Of a stretch of 64,000 nucleotides of DNA, positions 15,847 to 32,010 are shown one piece after another. Origin of the DNA: the human T2T-CHM13v2.0 reference genome, Homo sapiens. Numbering within the stretch: position 1 is the stretch's first letter; the number at the start of each line of letters is the position of its first letter. A program made the position numbers and the translations under genes. The notes beneath the pieces are model-generated. The model ran no database searches, had not been told where the DNA came from, and was given only the letters and a program-made list of their open reading frames with translations. The stretch lies in NCBI RefSeq assembly GCF_009914755.1, contig NC_060932.1. The stretch is one strand, 5' to 3'.

Positions 15847-16369
15847 ATGTGAGCACTCTTCTGAGTCACCACAGGGCAACTGGGGAGGTGATTACCTCTG
15901 CAAAGATACTCGGCTCAGGCTCATGGTATCTTAGTCACCTCTACTCTGCAAATGAGGTAGCGGTAGCAGTAATCCTCTAACAGAAAATGAGAGTTTAGTA
16001 GGCAGGCAGAGACTTCAGTTTTGAATTAAGAAAAAGCCCAGAAGTCTTCTATCAGCCATCAGATTGGCCCAACCTCTGTCAGGAATGCTTGTGATAGGGA
16101 CCAGTTCATTAAAAAAAAAAATCACAGCTGAACAAAGTCAAAGTCAGCCTTCTCTAAAGGGAAGATCGGCCTTTGGTGGGTGGTAAATACATGGTAAATA
16201 AGGATGTTCTGTGCAAAAATAATGAGTCAGAATGAATACGTGGAGATTAGGACAGATTTCAGGAGACAGGGCGCGTGTAGGTTTCATTTTAGAACACTCC
16301 CCTTGGAGATACGGATTCTCCTTGACACAGTCATAGTGGTTTCTGTCTTCCAAACCAAACCCTGACTCC

Positions 16370-16502
16370 TTCAAATGTTGAAAAATCATCTCAAACTTAA
16401 TGTGTCTAAGATCAAATTCATGCTCACTCCCAAACCTTCCTACAAATAGCAACTCCATCATTCCAGTTGCTCAGATAAAAAGTCTTGGAGTTTCCCTCTC
16501 TC

Positions 16503-16552
<50 letters not shown>

Positions 16553-17230
16553 CCTGCCTCCCGCAGACACACATACACACACATCCTATATAAAACCCAC
16601 CAGCGCATCCCACTGGCAGAACTTCCAAGTTCAAATTCATTCCCAATCTGAACCATTTTACCCCCTTTCCACCTCCACTCTGTTCCCTGGCCCCCTAACT
16701 GGTCTCCCTTAAAGGCCTAAGTCAGATGACACTTTTCTATTCAAAAACTCTCCAATGGCATCTCAGTTTACTCAGCGTGAAATCCAAAGCCCTACAAGGG
16801 CCTAAGCAACCCAGCCCTCTGCCACCTCTTCCATCTCCTCCCTCCAGGTTTCATCTTCCCCTTGCCCCTACCTCCTTGCTGCTCATAGACCACACGGGCA
16901 ATCTCTGTCCTCAAGGTTCCCACTCTGTGCCCATCTCACTATGTCCCCAGCACCCCTTCACGTCCTCCAGATCGCTGCACCCATGTCAGCTAATTAAAGA
17001 GGACTTCCTTCAACACCCTACATAAAATAACACTGCCCACCCACACTCCCATCTCCTTTACCAGACTTTGTTTTCTCGGGAACAGTTATACCACCTGGTG
17101 TATCTGATGATGTGTTAGCTTTCTCTCCCAACTACAGAATGTCAGCTCCATCAGGGCAGGAACTTTGTTTCACTGCTGTATTCCCAGGACCCAAAACAGT
17201 AATTGACACTGTGATTGACATCACAGAAAT
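16370..17230 (+). mobile_element. L2 LINE 3' portion containing a (CT)n microsatellite (~16495-16547)
   Basis: ctcaaacttaatgtgtctaa...aaaactctccaatggc...gaatgtcagctccatcagggcaggaactttg. Confidence 0.75.
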
Positions 17231-17739
17231 TCCACAAGTCCTCACTGCATGAATAATATCCCCCGTTTCTCTGTTCATACAGTTTCCTGTCTATTTCCTT
17301 AGGGTTCTTCCCTTCCCACGCCCCATCAAAAAAGTTCTTTTGAAAAATGTCTACCCTATCCAGGCTGGTATGAAGGAACAAGTGATCTGTCTACACCAGA
17401 CTTGACAGCAGGGAAATTATGTCCTGCTGGCCAGGCATAGTGATAGCAGGGGCCACGTCAGGCTGAGGTACTAGAAGGAATAAATGGAACTGAGGCAGGT
17501 TCAGAGAGGAAACCACAGAAAGAGAGGACTTGGGTCAGCCCAAAGCACTAATCTCTCCTCCCCATGGTTTTCCTCAGACAGAAAGTAATACCCAAGAGTA
17601 AGTGACTTTCCCAAGGTCATAGAAATATTTATTGGGAAAGCTGGAAATACAGATTAAATCTCCACACTGTGTCCCAGCATTATTTTCCTCTAAACTGCAT
17701 TTGCAAGTGGGAAGAAATTGCGTTTAAAAAAAATGTTTA

Positions 17740-18030
17740 AGCTCATTTTCTTTCTGGGTATTAATTGATGAGTCCATTGCAATCCTAACCCTTTTATGTT
17801 CCCCATGTTTTTCAATGACTTGCCTAAAGATAAAAAAGGCAAGTTTATCTAATTAGCATGTGACACAAATCCAAGGGGAAATAGCTAATATAATAAATGA
17901 CAGAAGCATGATCAAAAAGAGGTTGATGAGCTAGTGCAATGAGCTAAAACTGACAAGACAAAATTTAGCAGGAGTTCAAAAATTTAACTACAAAAACATA
18001 GAAAGGAAGGAAATAGGATGTGGCAGCCAT
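17740..18030 (+). mobile_element. L3/CR1 fragment, followed by a MER5-like relic to ~18205
   Basis: ttcaatgacttg...tgacacaaat...gggaaatagctaata...aaaatttagcagg resembles decayed CR1 RT sequence. Confidence 0.45.
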
Positions 18031-18310
18031 GCTTGCGAAAACTACGTCGGTGCTTCAGGCCACAGCAGAGGTTTAACCGGATGAACCCAGTGGAATATAC
18101 AAGCCTGGGCCCCATGCACTGGGGATTCTGACTCAGTAGACCCAGACAACCATATGTTTTTTGAAGTGCTTCACAAACACACTTCAGTTTAAAACCCCAG
18201 TCTACAGCAAGATCAGGGTCAATCATGAATGAATGTAACATAGCACCCACAAACACCCATGCAGTCTTGGGCTGCATGAATAGAAAGATAGACTCTAAAA
18301 TACAGATGAT

Positions 18311-18436
18311 CAGCCAGGCACAGTGGTGCAGGCCTGTAGTCCCAGCTACTCAGGAGGCTGAAGCGGAAGGATCGCTTGAGCAAGGAGCTTGAGACCAGCC
18401 TGGACAACACAGTGAGACCCCTCTCAAATTAATAAA
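18311..18436 (+). mobile_element. Alu monomer (FLAM)
   Basis: Single arm with A-rich end. Confidence 0.85.
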
Positions 18437-18850
18437 ATAATTAATATTATTATTTTTAAAAGTTGACCATATTTCCTGTTCTATATCAATCACACTCCTT
18501 ATTCATTTAATTATTCATTCACTCATCCCTTCATAACCTTGATGAAGTGCCTATTAAGAGTTAGGCATTAGGTTTGCTATAATGAGAAGTCAGACATAAC
18601 CCTATACTCACAGAGCTCACAATCTTTTGGGAGAATGTTACTTGTGTAACTGGTATCTCTGGCCTCACCAGCCTGTAAGTGAACACGAGGACCACCTTGA
18701 AATACCACTCCAGATCTCAATGTTCCTTATCTCCATAGGTTTGTATCACAAGAAGTCCAGCCTATTCCTAGAATTTCTTTCCCTGGATATCTCCAAGAGT
18801 CTCCAGATGAGCTTAAAAGTGTCCAGAATTCACTCTGGATTTCTTCTCAC

Positions 18851-19473
<623 letters not shown>

Positions 19474-20262
19474 TGATGAGAGGATGGGAACTTTTATACT
19501 CAATCCAAGAGACAAGATTCTATAACCAATGACTTCAGTACTAATTGCAAAGGAAATTTCCACCACAGCCAGTCTCTCATTTTTATGGTGCTGTGACCTG
19601 TTTAATGAAATAAGACAGAAAATACTCCCTCCCTACGCATGGGGCATCCCACAGCAAAGATGCCAGTGTCTTCAAATGTTACCATCCATGTAATTCACAT
19701 CCACATAATCAGAATTACCAGCCTCACACCACCATCTCCACCTACCCCAGCCTGGCTAGGTCCTAATGAATTCCATAACCAGTAGTATCTACTCCTCCAA
19801 GCCTGTGGACCCAATGCTGAGGGTGGCTTGAGCTCATCTCTTCTTGTTCTCACAGTGAGTTCCTCTCAGAGACCTCATTCTTCTCGTCTGAGCCACCTCA
19901 GACTATTAGACATGTTTTTATATCCTTGCACCTCTGTTGGGGATCAGAGTCTCATACTCACGGTCAGGCAAGCTACTTCAGTGCCAAATGGAAGTCTCTG
20001 TGAATAATCAGTCTCCGTTTCCAGCATCAACTCTTCATCTCCAATGCCCTTCCCAGACAAAAGCATGTTGAACTCGGAATGCTGAAATTAGTTCTAGGAA
20101 CCAAATTTTAAAGGGTCATGAACAAGCTGGAGTTTACTCAAAAGACATTGGACAAGAAAGAATGACAGAAGGAATTTAACATGTTAACCCTGGTCCCCTC
20201 TGAATCTGTGATTCTCTGAATGGCACAAGAAAGCAAGCATTTGGTAGAGAATGTTTGGATTT

Positions 20263-21111
20263 TGAACAGAAGGTCTCTGAAAAGGAATTTGGAGGAAAAA
20301 GATTATTCCATTGAATAGTCTGCGAACAGGAGAGACGTAGCCTTCCATTTAAAGTGAAGGTGCGACCCAGAGAACAAAGGGAGAGTTCAGGTTTTTGGTT
20401 TTGTTTTTTTTGTGTTTGTTTGTTTTGAGACAGTCACACTCTGTCACCCAGGCTCACTGCAACCTCTGACTCCCAGGTTCAAGCGATTCTCCTGCCTCAG
20501 CCTCCCTAGTAGCTGGGATTACAGGCACCTGCCACTGCGCCCAGCTAATTTTTGTGTTGTTAGTAGAGACAGGGTTTTGCCATGTTGGCCAGGCTGGTCT
20601 CGAACTCCTGACCTTAGGTAATCCACCCAGCTCAGCCTCCCAAAGTCCTGGGATTACAGGGGTAAGCCACCACACCCTGCCGAGAGTTCAGGTTTTATAG
20701 CCAAATTTCTCACCCAGGTTCCCAATCAGGTCTACTTACCCAAATGCAGAATTCAAACTTACTTAGTTCTGATTGGTCAACACGTGAGTTCTGATTGGTA
20801 GATACAGCTGAAACCTGATAGGTTGATAAAACTAAGCCCTGAAAGGCCAAGGCAGGTGAGCTCTGATTGATTGATTCAGGTGAACTCTGAAAGTCCTAAA
20901 GTTAAGTAGGAATGTGGGTTTTTGAGGAACTCAGAGTACACATGTGACCTGTAGTCAGCAAATGGCTGCCTGACTTTATTTAAAATAGGTCCAGGCCTGG
21001 GCAAAGTGGCTTAGGCCTGTAGTACCAGCACTTTAGGAGGCCGAGGTGGGAAGACTCCCTTAGCTCAGGAGTTCAAGATCAGCCTATGCAGTGTAGCAAA
21101 ACCCCTATCAA

Positions 21112-21150
<39 letters not shown>

Positions 21151-21219
21151 AATAGGTCCAGTTAGCCACTCAGGATCCATCTCGAAGGAATAGCTCTTTC
21201 AGGTTCACATTTGTTTTCA
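20263..21219 (-). mobile_element. ERV-type solo LTR (family unresolved) interrupted by two Alus
   Basis: LTR-like sequence with repeated ctgattgg (CCAAT) units; Alu 20396-20681 with TSD gagagttcaggtttt; FLAM 20993-21150 with (TAAA)n and TSD aaataggtcca; outer ends approximate. Confidence 0.6.
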
Positions 21220-21683
21220 GGGTAACAGTGTGCGCTCTGCTTAGACCGACAGGCTTGGATTGGAGGCGGCAGGAAACAAAACTGAAAGAGATAGTTCGGC
21301 CTAGGAAAACCTAAGAAACCTGTTTGGGGTTTAGCAGGCCATGAGGACCATGGAGATTTCTGCACAGAGTAGAAATCCGCCCAGAGCCAGGCTGTCGTCC
21401 TCCGCAGTGGGTGGATTGATGATTGGTGCAAGCGAAAGACTAAAGGCAAAGAAAACTGTTAGGATACTCGGCATGATCCAGAGATCAGACAGGGAGTTTC
21501 TGAGCTAGAAGAGACACAGTGAGAACAAACAACGGGTGGTTTGGTGAAAGAGAAACTACAGAAGTAGAATTCAGAGGACTTGGCAAATGAGTGGATGGGG
21601 AAGAAAACAGGGAAGAGGGAGGTGTCAGACTGGGCCTGCTACTTCAGGTCCAGGTCTATGTAAACAAGGTAATGACACATTAG

Positions 21684-22009
<326 letters not shown>

Positions 22010-24159
22010 TGAGAAGGATATTTGGGTTGGGAAGGAGAACAGGAGAGACTGAGATAGGTAAATAAAGAGTATTTGTTCTGTTTTGAATATTGTGAAAATT
22101 AGGTCCGTGTGCCACCCGGCTGGGAATGTTTAGAAGACAGTGAAGAAGGTAGAAATGATCTTCACTGGGGTAGGCTGAAGTTGAGGGAGGAAAAAAAAAA
22201 ACAAACACACACACACTACATGAAATAAGCAGGTGACCATTTGTGACCCTGGAGAGAACCATTTCTGCAGAGACGTCGCAATGGGAAGTGAAATGCAAGG
22301 GTTAGGTTAGTTAAGGACGTAGTCAGTGGGAGGAAGTGGACGAGATAAGACAGCTTCATAACAATACAGCCCTTTTCTGATTATAAAAACTCATAGCAAT
22401 TTATTGCAAAACGTTTTTAAGGAAGTATAAAGAAAACTTACATTTCCCATCCTCCCACCCCCAGAGATAAACACTATAAACATCTCGGGATAGTTCCCTC
22501 CAGACATTTTTTCTCTGCATATATTAGGGAGGTTTGGGTTTTTTAATTGGAATCACACTTTATATGCAGGTTTATTCCTGATTGTTTCACTGAACTTATA
22601 TCTGAAGAATTTTTATATGTAATTAAATAGTTTTCAAATGCTGTTTTCAATGTTTTGAGCCCAACTTTTGCAAAACTAAACCACAGTTCATGTCAACAGC
22701 TAGGACAATCATCATTGTTTCAAATCTCTTAATGTTATAAAGCTCCATCTTCCTTGATGTTGGGGAGAACGATAAAGACAGAAAGTTAGCTCCAGGGTAT
22801 GGCAGGTGGAGGGGAGAGTGATTGAAGGGATTTTGTTTGTTTTTAATGTAGGAAAACCCTGAATTTGTTTGAAGATAGATCCAAGAGAAATTCAGATCGA
22901 ACACTGAAAAGGCTTCAAGGCTCTGGGGAAGACCTGAGTTTATGGGAGGCTGGTGCTCTTGAGCCTCACCTCAGCCCACAGACAGACCAAGAGAGACCCC
23001 ACACCACCACGGTCAACTCACTGCATGAGACTTAAACATGGTGCCCGCTCCTGTGCAGCCCCGTGACCCTCCGCTGTTGGGAACTTGATGTCCTACTCAG
23101 GGGGACAAAATGGCACCAGAGGAAGTTATCCTGAAGGTTAACTGTCAGTTATCCTGACTTTCAGGGCTAATGAGATCATATCTTCTGAGCTCCTCAGAAA
23201 AACAGGCTACCTAGAATTAGGACAAACTCTTGTTCTAATTATTTAGCGGGGCCATGTTGCCTCCTCTCTTCTGATGGTCAGTCCTGCCTCTGGGGGCTCA
23301 AGACTGCTTCCTTCTCCTTTGCTTTCCATCCCTCCCAGAGGCCAATGTGACTATATCTGCCTGGCCTGCTCAGCCTACTTTTGATCCCGTCCCGGCCCAG
23401 CCTCCATTCCAATCCACAAAAGCATTAAGATCCCCAAATGCCAAGGCCTGCAGCTCAGCTCCTGTGCCCTTCAGCAATCCTTGCCGCCTCGGTTTGCTGC
23501 ACAATCCTCCATAGAGAGCTGCCTGAGGTTCTATGTAAGCATCAGCCTATCCTCTACTGAAAACTCTTTTGATGTTTTTGTTCCTGAAAATACCCAAGTA
23601 GTGCATTACTGGAAGAAAAGGAAAGGGAACATGAGTCTCCAAGGGCTGAACATCCCTTTGCATTTCGGATCGCCTGAAACTATCGTGCCAAAAAGTCAAT
23701 CAAGCAGCATGTATTAAGCCACGTGCATTGGTGTCACGGCCAGTTTCCCCAAGACAATACTAAGGAAACATGAATGGGAAGAAAGGGCAGAGCTATTCGG
23801 TAGCCAGGACTACCCTCTAGTGTTTAGTCAGAGGCCTTAACTCCCTCCACAACCCCACAAGCCAAATAAAAATAATACGAAGATACTCATTGCTAAACAG
23901 TAGATTGTTCATCTTACAGCATCTTAATGTTTTTTTGCATTACCGTTACCAGTCTAGGCCACACACAGAAAGGCAAGCTGTTCTTTTGACAAATTATTCC
24001 AACTGAATACAAGATTGTTTAAGGCAGCCATGGGTCATTTATTCACTATCCGATAGCAATAATATCCATGTCTGATCATGCAGCAGGGTTATTTTACAAC
24101 TATTAAGCTAACCCTAGAAAACGTTATTTTAGTTTTGGAGGGTTTGGGGGATTGACTGT

Positions 24160-24320
24160 TTTTTGCTGATGCGAGCTCTGTGTTGCCCAGGCTGGAGTGC
24201 AGTGGCTATTCACAGGTGCAGTCATAGCACACTGTAGCTTCCAACTCCTGGGCTCAAGCAATCCTCCTGCCTCAGGCTCCCCATTAGCTGGGACTACAGG
24301 CCCCTGCCAGCATGCAAGCT
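24160..24320 (-). mobile_element. Alu-family monomer (FAM/FRAM-like)
   Basis: ggagtgcagtggctattcacaggtgcagtcatagcacactg, an old 7SL-derived monomer signature. Confidence 0.75.
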
Positions 24321-24388
24321 CCAGAATATGTTTTGATGGTAACATCTAGTGCTATCAAAATTGTTAAAAAACGGATAAACTCATACTT

Positions 24389-24602
24389 TGTGTGTATATA
24401 TACATGTATGTGTGTATATACACACATACATGTACATATATGTGTGTATATACATATACATATATGTGTGTATATACATATACGTGTATATATACATATA
24501 TACATATATGTGCGTGTATATATGTATATACACATACATGTATATATGTGTGTATATATGTATATACACATACATGTACGTGTGTGTGTGTGTATATATA
24601 TA
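24389..24602. repeat. Compound (TA/TG/CA)n alternating purine-pyrimidine microsatellite
   Basis: About 215 bp of RY alternation in the tail of the adjacent Alu. Confidence 0.95.
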
Positions 24603-24888
24603 TTTTTTCTTTTGAGATGGAGTCTTGCTCTGTCACCCAAGCTGGAGTGCAGTATCTCGGCTCACTACAACCTCTGCCTTCCAGGTTCAAGCGATTCTCT
24701 TGCCTCAGCCTCCTGCATAGTTGGGATTGCAGGCACCTGCCACCACACCCAGCTGATTTTTGTATTTTTAGTGGAGTCAGGGTTTTATCATGTTAGCCAA
24801 ACTGGTCTCGAACTCCTGACCCCAAGTGATCCACCTGCCTCGGCCTCCCAAAGGGCTGGGATTACAGGTGTGAGCCACTGTGCCCGGT
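24603..24888 (-). mobile_element. Alu (AluS-like)
   Basis: TSD tcatactttgt at 24381 and 24888 encloses the Alu plus the microsatellite. Confidence 0.92.
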
Positions 24889-26400
24889 CATACTTTGTAT
24901 ATTGATATTTGCTAAACTCATCATTGTATATTGGGAAGCAACATTATAATATGTTTAGGTATCATGAAATGTGTTACCTTTTGATCCTGATTCCAGGAAA
25001 TAATGCAACAGAATTTTTTAAATGATACAAATAGGAAAGTAGACCACAGCTTTATTTGCAATAGCTTCTTACTGTTATATTATTCGGCCACTTAAAATAA
25101 TGATTTTAAAGCCTCTATTTGTGGTTTCATGTAAAATGAAAAAAGCAGGTTGTAAATTGCATGTACAGTGTAATTACAAGTTGTAAAATGTGTACATTGT
25201 ATGGATATGTACAAACACTAGGTTGGAATGTAAAATAATAAATACAAATAATATTTGGTCACTTTGTGTTAAAGTAAGAGATGCTATTTGTTATTTGTAT
25301 ATTCTTTGTTTTGTTGTTTTGTTTTTAATTTTTTTAAGGCTGCCTTTAAACTGCTTACTAACATGTATCCAGCTTGGAAAAAGGTTCTCAGGTCCACAAG
25401 ACCCTTTCTCAACTCAAAGCTAAGCCATTAAGTAATTCTCAGCTTGTGGCTTGAGGCCAAATGATCATTTTGTGGTTTTTGTTGCTAAAGCCAAGAATCC
25501 TATTAATTGGAAATAAGACATAATGAATACACAATAACAAATGAATTACAAGAAATATCACGGCCTATCAGTAAAACCACGTTATATGAATTACACAATG
25601 TTAGATGAATTATATGAATATCAAGGATGTGAATGTAATGTTGACATGAATAACTCGGAATAAGAGTCTTAATAAAAATATCAGAACATGCAATTGTACA
25701 TTCACACCTCTTAGCAACAGTTTAATCACATAGATCGGAAGTAAGTTTGAGGTGCTTTATGTTGATGAAATTGTTAGTGTTAGTTTTTCTTTTGCTGTAA
25801 AGTTCTTATGGTTCAAAATTTTTTATGGCAACTCACCTTAGAGATTAAGAAATCTGGAGTCAAGTAGACCTGTGCTTAGTCCTCCTCTTGTACTCAGGAG
25901 AAGTTTCTGTGGTCTCAGCAACTTAGCAGGTGACCCAGAAGTGTTCTCAAAACCAGGCAAGCGGTAGCTAGAACAAAGTGATTGTCTAAAAAGCAGCTTT
26001 ATAATGGGCTTCCACAGAGTGTTTGTAGCATCCAGTTGAGGATTTGTGACAAAGATAAAAATCCTAGCCAGGTTTTGGTCTTTAACTGAAGATTTGGTTT
26101 AAGCCACTGGAATAGTCATAGAACAGATTTGAAATCACACCATACTCATGGCTATACGATTCAAAATTAATGACACAACTATCTGAATATCTCCAAATAT
26201 ATGACATGAGGATAAAGATATAGCCCAGAGAATGTTTCAGAAACAGCCAAACCATTCAAAGGCAGAACAAAGAAGGGTATGTTGTTAAAACAGGCCAGTC
26301 AGGGACAAATAAATCAATCTTGACAAATAATATTAATCTTCTCATAAATGATTTCCTCACTGAAATTTGTATGCAAATCAATTCGAGAGTAGAAACATAA

Positions 26401-26766
<366 letters not shown>

Positions 26767-26796
26767 TGAATAGCCTTTCTAATGATGAACATATTG

Positions 26797-27090
26797 GCTG
26801 GGCATGGTGGCTCATGCCTGTAATCCCAGCACTTTGGGAGACTGAAGCAGGCGAATCACTTGAGGTCAGGAGTTCGAGACCAGCCTGGCCAACATGGTGA
26901 AACCCCATCTCTACTAAAACTACAAAAATTAGCCAGGCCTGGTGGCGTGTGCCTGTAATCTCAGCTACTCAGGAGGATGAGGCAGGAGATTCACTTGAAC
27001 AGGAGAAGCAGAGGTTGCAGTGAGCTGAGATCGCACTACTGCACTCCAGCCTGGGTGACAGAGCAAGACTCTATCTCAACAACAACAAAA
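26797..27090 (+). mobile_element. Alu (AluS-like)
   Basis: Full dimer; TSD tgaacatatt. Confidence 0.93.
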
Positions 27091-27441
27091 ATTGCTGAAC
27101 ATATTACAAAAGAAATAAACCCCTGGTGAAATAGTCATAGTTCAGGATGTAAGGATATGCTTCCACTTGCCAACAAAAAACATTAAGATCCTGGCAAGTG
27201 CAATATGAGACAGTCACTGCAGAGTGAGTCGAGTATCTGAGCTGGAGTTGCCCTTAGCTTCATGGTATAAAGTTGGATATGGGTTATACTTAGGAGAAAA
27301 TAGAGCTTTGTTTTCTTTTGCCTGGAATGAATTCCATTATGCAACTTCAGAACCAGCATTCAGAGTCCTGGGTGGCCTCTCATACCTTCCAATTGCAGCC
27401 CCTTCTCCTTGTCCTCTTTTCCTCTTCTGACATCCAAACTC

Positions 27442-27736
27442 TTTTTTTTTTTTTTTTGGAGACAGAGTCTCGCTCTGTCGCCCAGGCTGGAATGCAGTGG
27501 TACGATCTCGGCTTACTGCAACCTCTGCTTCCCAGGTTCAATCAATTCTTTGCCTCGGCCTCCCGAGTAGCTGGGAGTGCAGGCACCTGCCACCACGCCC
27601 AGCTAATTTTTGTATTTTTAGTACAGATGGGGTTTCACCATCTTGGCCAGGCTGGTCTTGAACTCCTGACCTTGTGATCCACCCACCTTGGCCTCTCAAA
27701 GTGCTGGAATTACAGGCGTGAGCAAGCTCGCCTGGC
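27442..27736 (-). mobile_element. Alu (AluSg-like)
   Basis: Reverse-complement dimer. Confidence 0.92.
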
Positions 27737-27929
27737 CTCAAACTTTTAAAAGAAAGGAATCACAGACAGGGTTGTTACTGGGCTCTCTCCAGTCTTACAC
27801 AAGGACGCAGATCTTTTCAAAGTTGTTTTTATTGCCCTTAAATGACACTATTGAAAGCTCACTGGTGTCCTAACTCTGGAAGGTGGCTAGCAATGGGGTG
27901 AGGTGGGGGAAATGGAAGAGCAGGTGCCC

Positions 27930-28292
27930 TGTATTAATCCATTCTCACACTGCTATAAAGATACTACCCAAGACTGGGTGATTTATAAACAAATGAGGTT
28001 TAATTGACTCACAGTTCCACATGGCTGGGAAGGCCTGAGAAAACTTACATTCGTGGTGGAAAGGGGAAGAAGGTACCTTCTTCACAAGGCAGCAGGAAAG
28101 AGACAAAAGCAAAGGAGGAACTTGCCAAACACTTATAAAACCATCAGATCTCGTAAGAACTCACTCTCACAAGAACAGCCTGGGGAAAACCGCCCCCATG
28201 ATCCAATCACCTCCCACCATGTTCCTCCCTCAATACCTGGGGATAACAATTCAAGATGAGATTTGTATGGGAACAAAAGCCAAACTGTATCT
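27930..28292 (-). mobile_element. THE1/MSTA-type MaLR solo LTR
   Basis: tgtattaatccattctcacactgctataaagatactaccc...; near-TSD tgccc/tgcct. Confidence 0.88.
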
Positions 28293-28882
28293 TGCCTCAA
28301 GACCAAAAATGAGTGCTAATCAGAGACAATTTAGAAGGTAATCCTTTTTGTAGGAAAAGAAAATGGCTTCAAGATAGCCAGCAGAGATAAATTGGGTTAA
28401 ATTAGTAAATTTAGAAGAAACAAAACAGAGCAGCCAGACCTTGTAGTAAGAGACAGGGAATGGGAGAAAGGGAAAGACAAAAAGGAGAACTATTGAATAA
28501 TTTGCATCTGTCATCTCAAAAGTCAGCAGGGGATCCAACTAAGGCTGAACTGCATACGTCCACTGCTAATTGACCTGGGAGCCCATCGCCCTTCTTTTGG
28601 CAATTGCATTAGGGTGAGAAAAAAACACATTCCAAAGAAGAAAACTGCAGTGTAAGTCCACTCTACGTGCAGACTAATTGGCTCCATCCTTGAGGGGGAA
28701 GGTCAAAGGAAAAGTTCCAAGGAATTTGTGCTTTGGACAAAGAACGAACATGATGAATCTGATTTGTGTACTTAAGGAATGAGTTGGACTTCTGGGGGAT
28801 GTTGACTTGTTGCTTCTCCTACTGGTCAACCAGGGAATAAAGTCATGCAATTAACACATACACACCCTTTCTTGGTTCTGCA

Positions 28883-30095
<1,213 letters not shown>

Positions 30096-30146
30096 TACAC
30101 ATCAGCATCACAGACGGGAAGAAACCACATACTGGGAAATAGTGAA

Positions 30147-30716
30147 AGAGCACTCTCCCAGGGTCCCATGTAAGTTGTCCTGGGTTAGAAGCAATCTACA
30201 CGAGTTCCTGTGAGATTGCACTTTATTTGTTAGGAGTTAGCTTGCGGTAATCAGCATACAACCTCCACCCTTGCAAACAAAAACAAAAAAACAAAAAAAA
30301 ACAAAATGGCAGTGACATCTACAAATCCAGAGAAGTGACCCAAGAGAGGGAGAACAGGAAATAAATGTATGGCAGCATATTTATTGACTCTACAAACATC
30401 GGTGCCAGACTGATGATTAGAGGGTTGGTCCAATGTATATTTTAATTTTAATGACTAAACTCGACCAAGAACTGACCTTTGAGAAGAAAAGTTTGTCTTG
30501 GCCACTAGCCACAGCAGCTTGAGAGATGGGAGCAAAGGGGTGGGCAACCAGAGAGAAGCTCTTCCAGGGTCCTATGTCAGTTGGTCTGGTTTAGAAGCCA
30601 TCTACACAGGCTCCTGTGAGATTTCATTCTATTTGTTAGGAGTTAGCTTGGAATGATCAACAAACAAGCCAAAAAAAATGGCAGTGGCTTCTACAAATCC
30701 AGGGAAGTGACCCAAG
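30147..30716 (+). repeat. Old dispersed direct duplication (30147-30344 vs 30552-30716)
   Basis: cagggtcc.atgt.agttg...ttagaagc.atctacac...tatttgttaggagttagcttg...aaaatggcagtg...ctacaaatccag.gaagtgacccaag in both copies. Confidence 0.9.
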
Positions 30717-31596
30717 CATCACAGTTGCTCCACAGTGACAGGAGCCCAGGCTCCTTCTATCTTGTTGCTCCCAGAGGTGGAGTCTTGTCCTCAAGGCCCA
30801 AGAGGTAGCATCTGTCTTCCAGACAGCAAGATAAAGCAGGGGGCGGAGACCTTGAGAAGGCAGGTCTTAAGCTCCTAAGAGATGGAGAGGAGGAAAGAAG
30901 GGAATGGAAGCAGATGTCAAAAGCAAACATCATGTATGTGATTATACCACCGCAAAACTTCTCTGAGTACCTTGGGTTGCTGATACTTGGTTAATTGCCC
31001 CCAGTGGCCTCAGATATCAGGCTTTATCTCTGAGGCACACCAAGAAAAGATGCAAATATGAGAACTGAAAAGCAAACCCACCTTGACTGAAGTTTCCACG
31101 GCTGCAGACTGGGAGAAGACTCCTGTCATCCCCAACAACTATGGACCACACACAGTTAGATTCCTATTTCTACCCTCAGTTTGCTGTATACCTTAGAAGT
31201 CTCCTGGCTCCTCTAACCAACAGTTTCCTATTTACATAAATAGGAATCCTATTTCTGCCCTCTGGCCATCCTTTAGAGTTAGGAAGGATAAAACAGACAG
31301 CAGTAAAGAACTTGAAACTCCTTGAATGTAGGTATCATATAAATAGTCTCATACAGTTTCAAGATTTCAACTAATTATAATATGAGCTAGAGGTTTAGTA
31401 GAAAATTTGGGGGTAGAGGGGCTAACTTAAAGGAGTCCTGTGCTCTCTCATTCCTTGCACCTTCAGTGACTATGTTATGGCCATCTTACGGGGCTTCGCA
31501 GTTCATATGCTCTGGTTGTAATGCACTCCCTTTCTTAGCTTATGCTGGGGCACAAATGAATTCTCCTTCATGCACAATCTTCCTGAAATAATCCTA

Positions 31597-32010
<414 letters not shown>

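Noticed and set aside
24284-24905. Overlapping Y/I/H/T/C/V-rich ORFs up to 197 aa
   Set aside because: Artefact of a stop-free dinucleotide repeat plus an Alu
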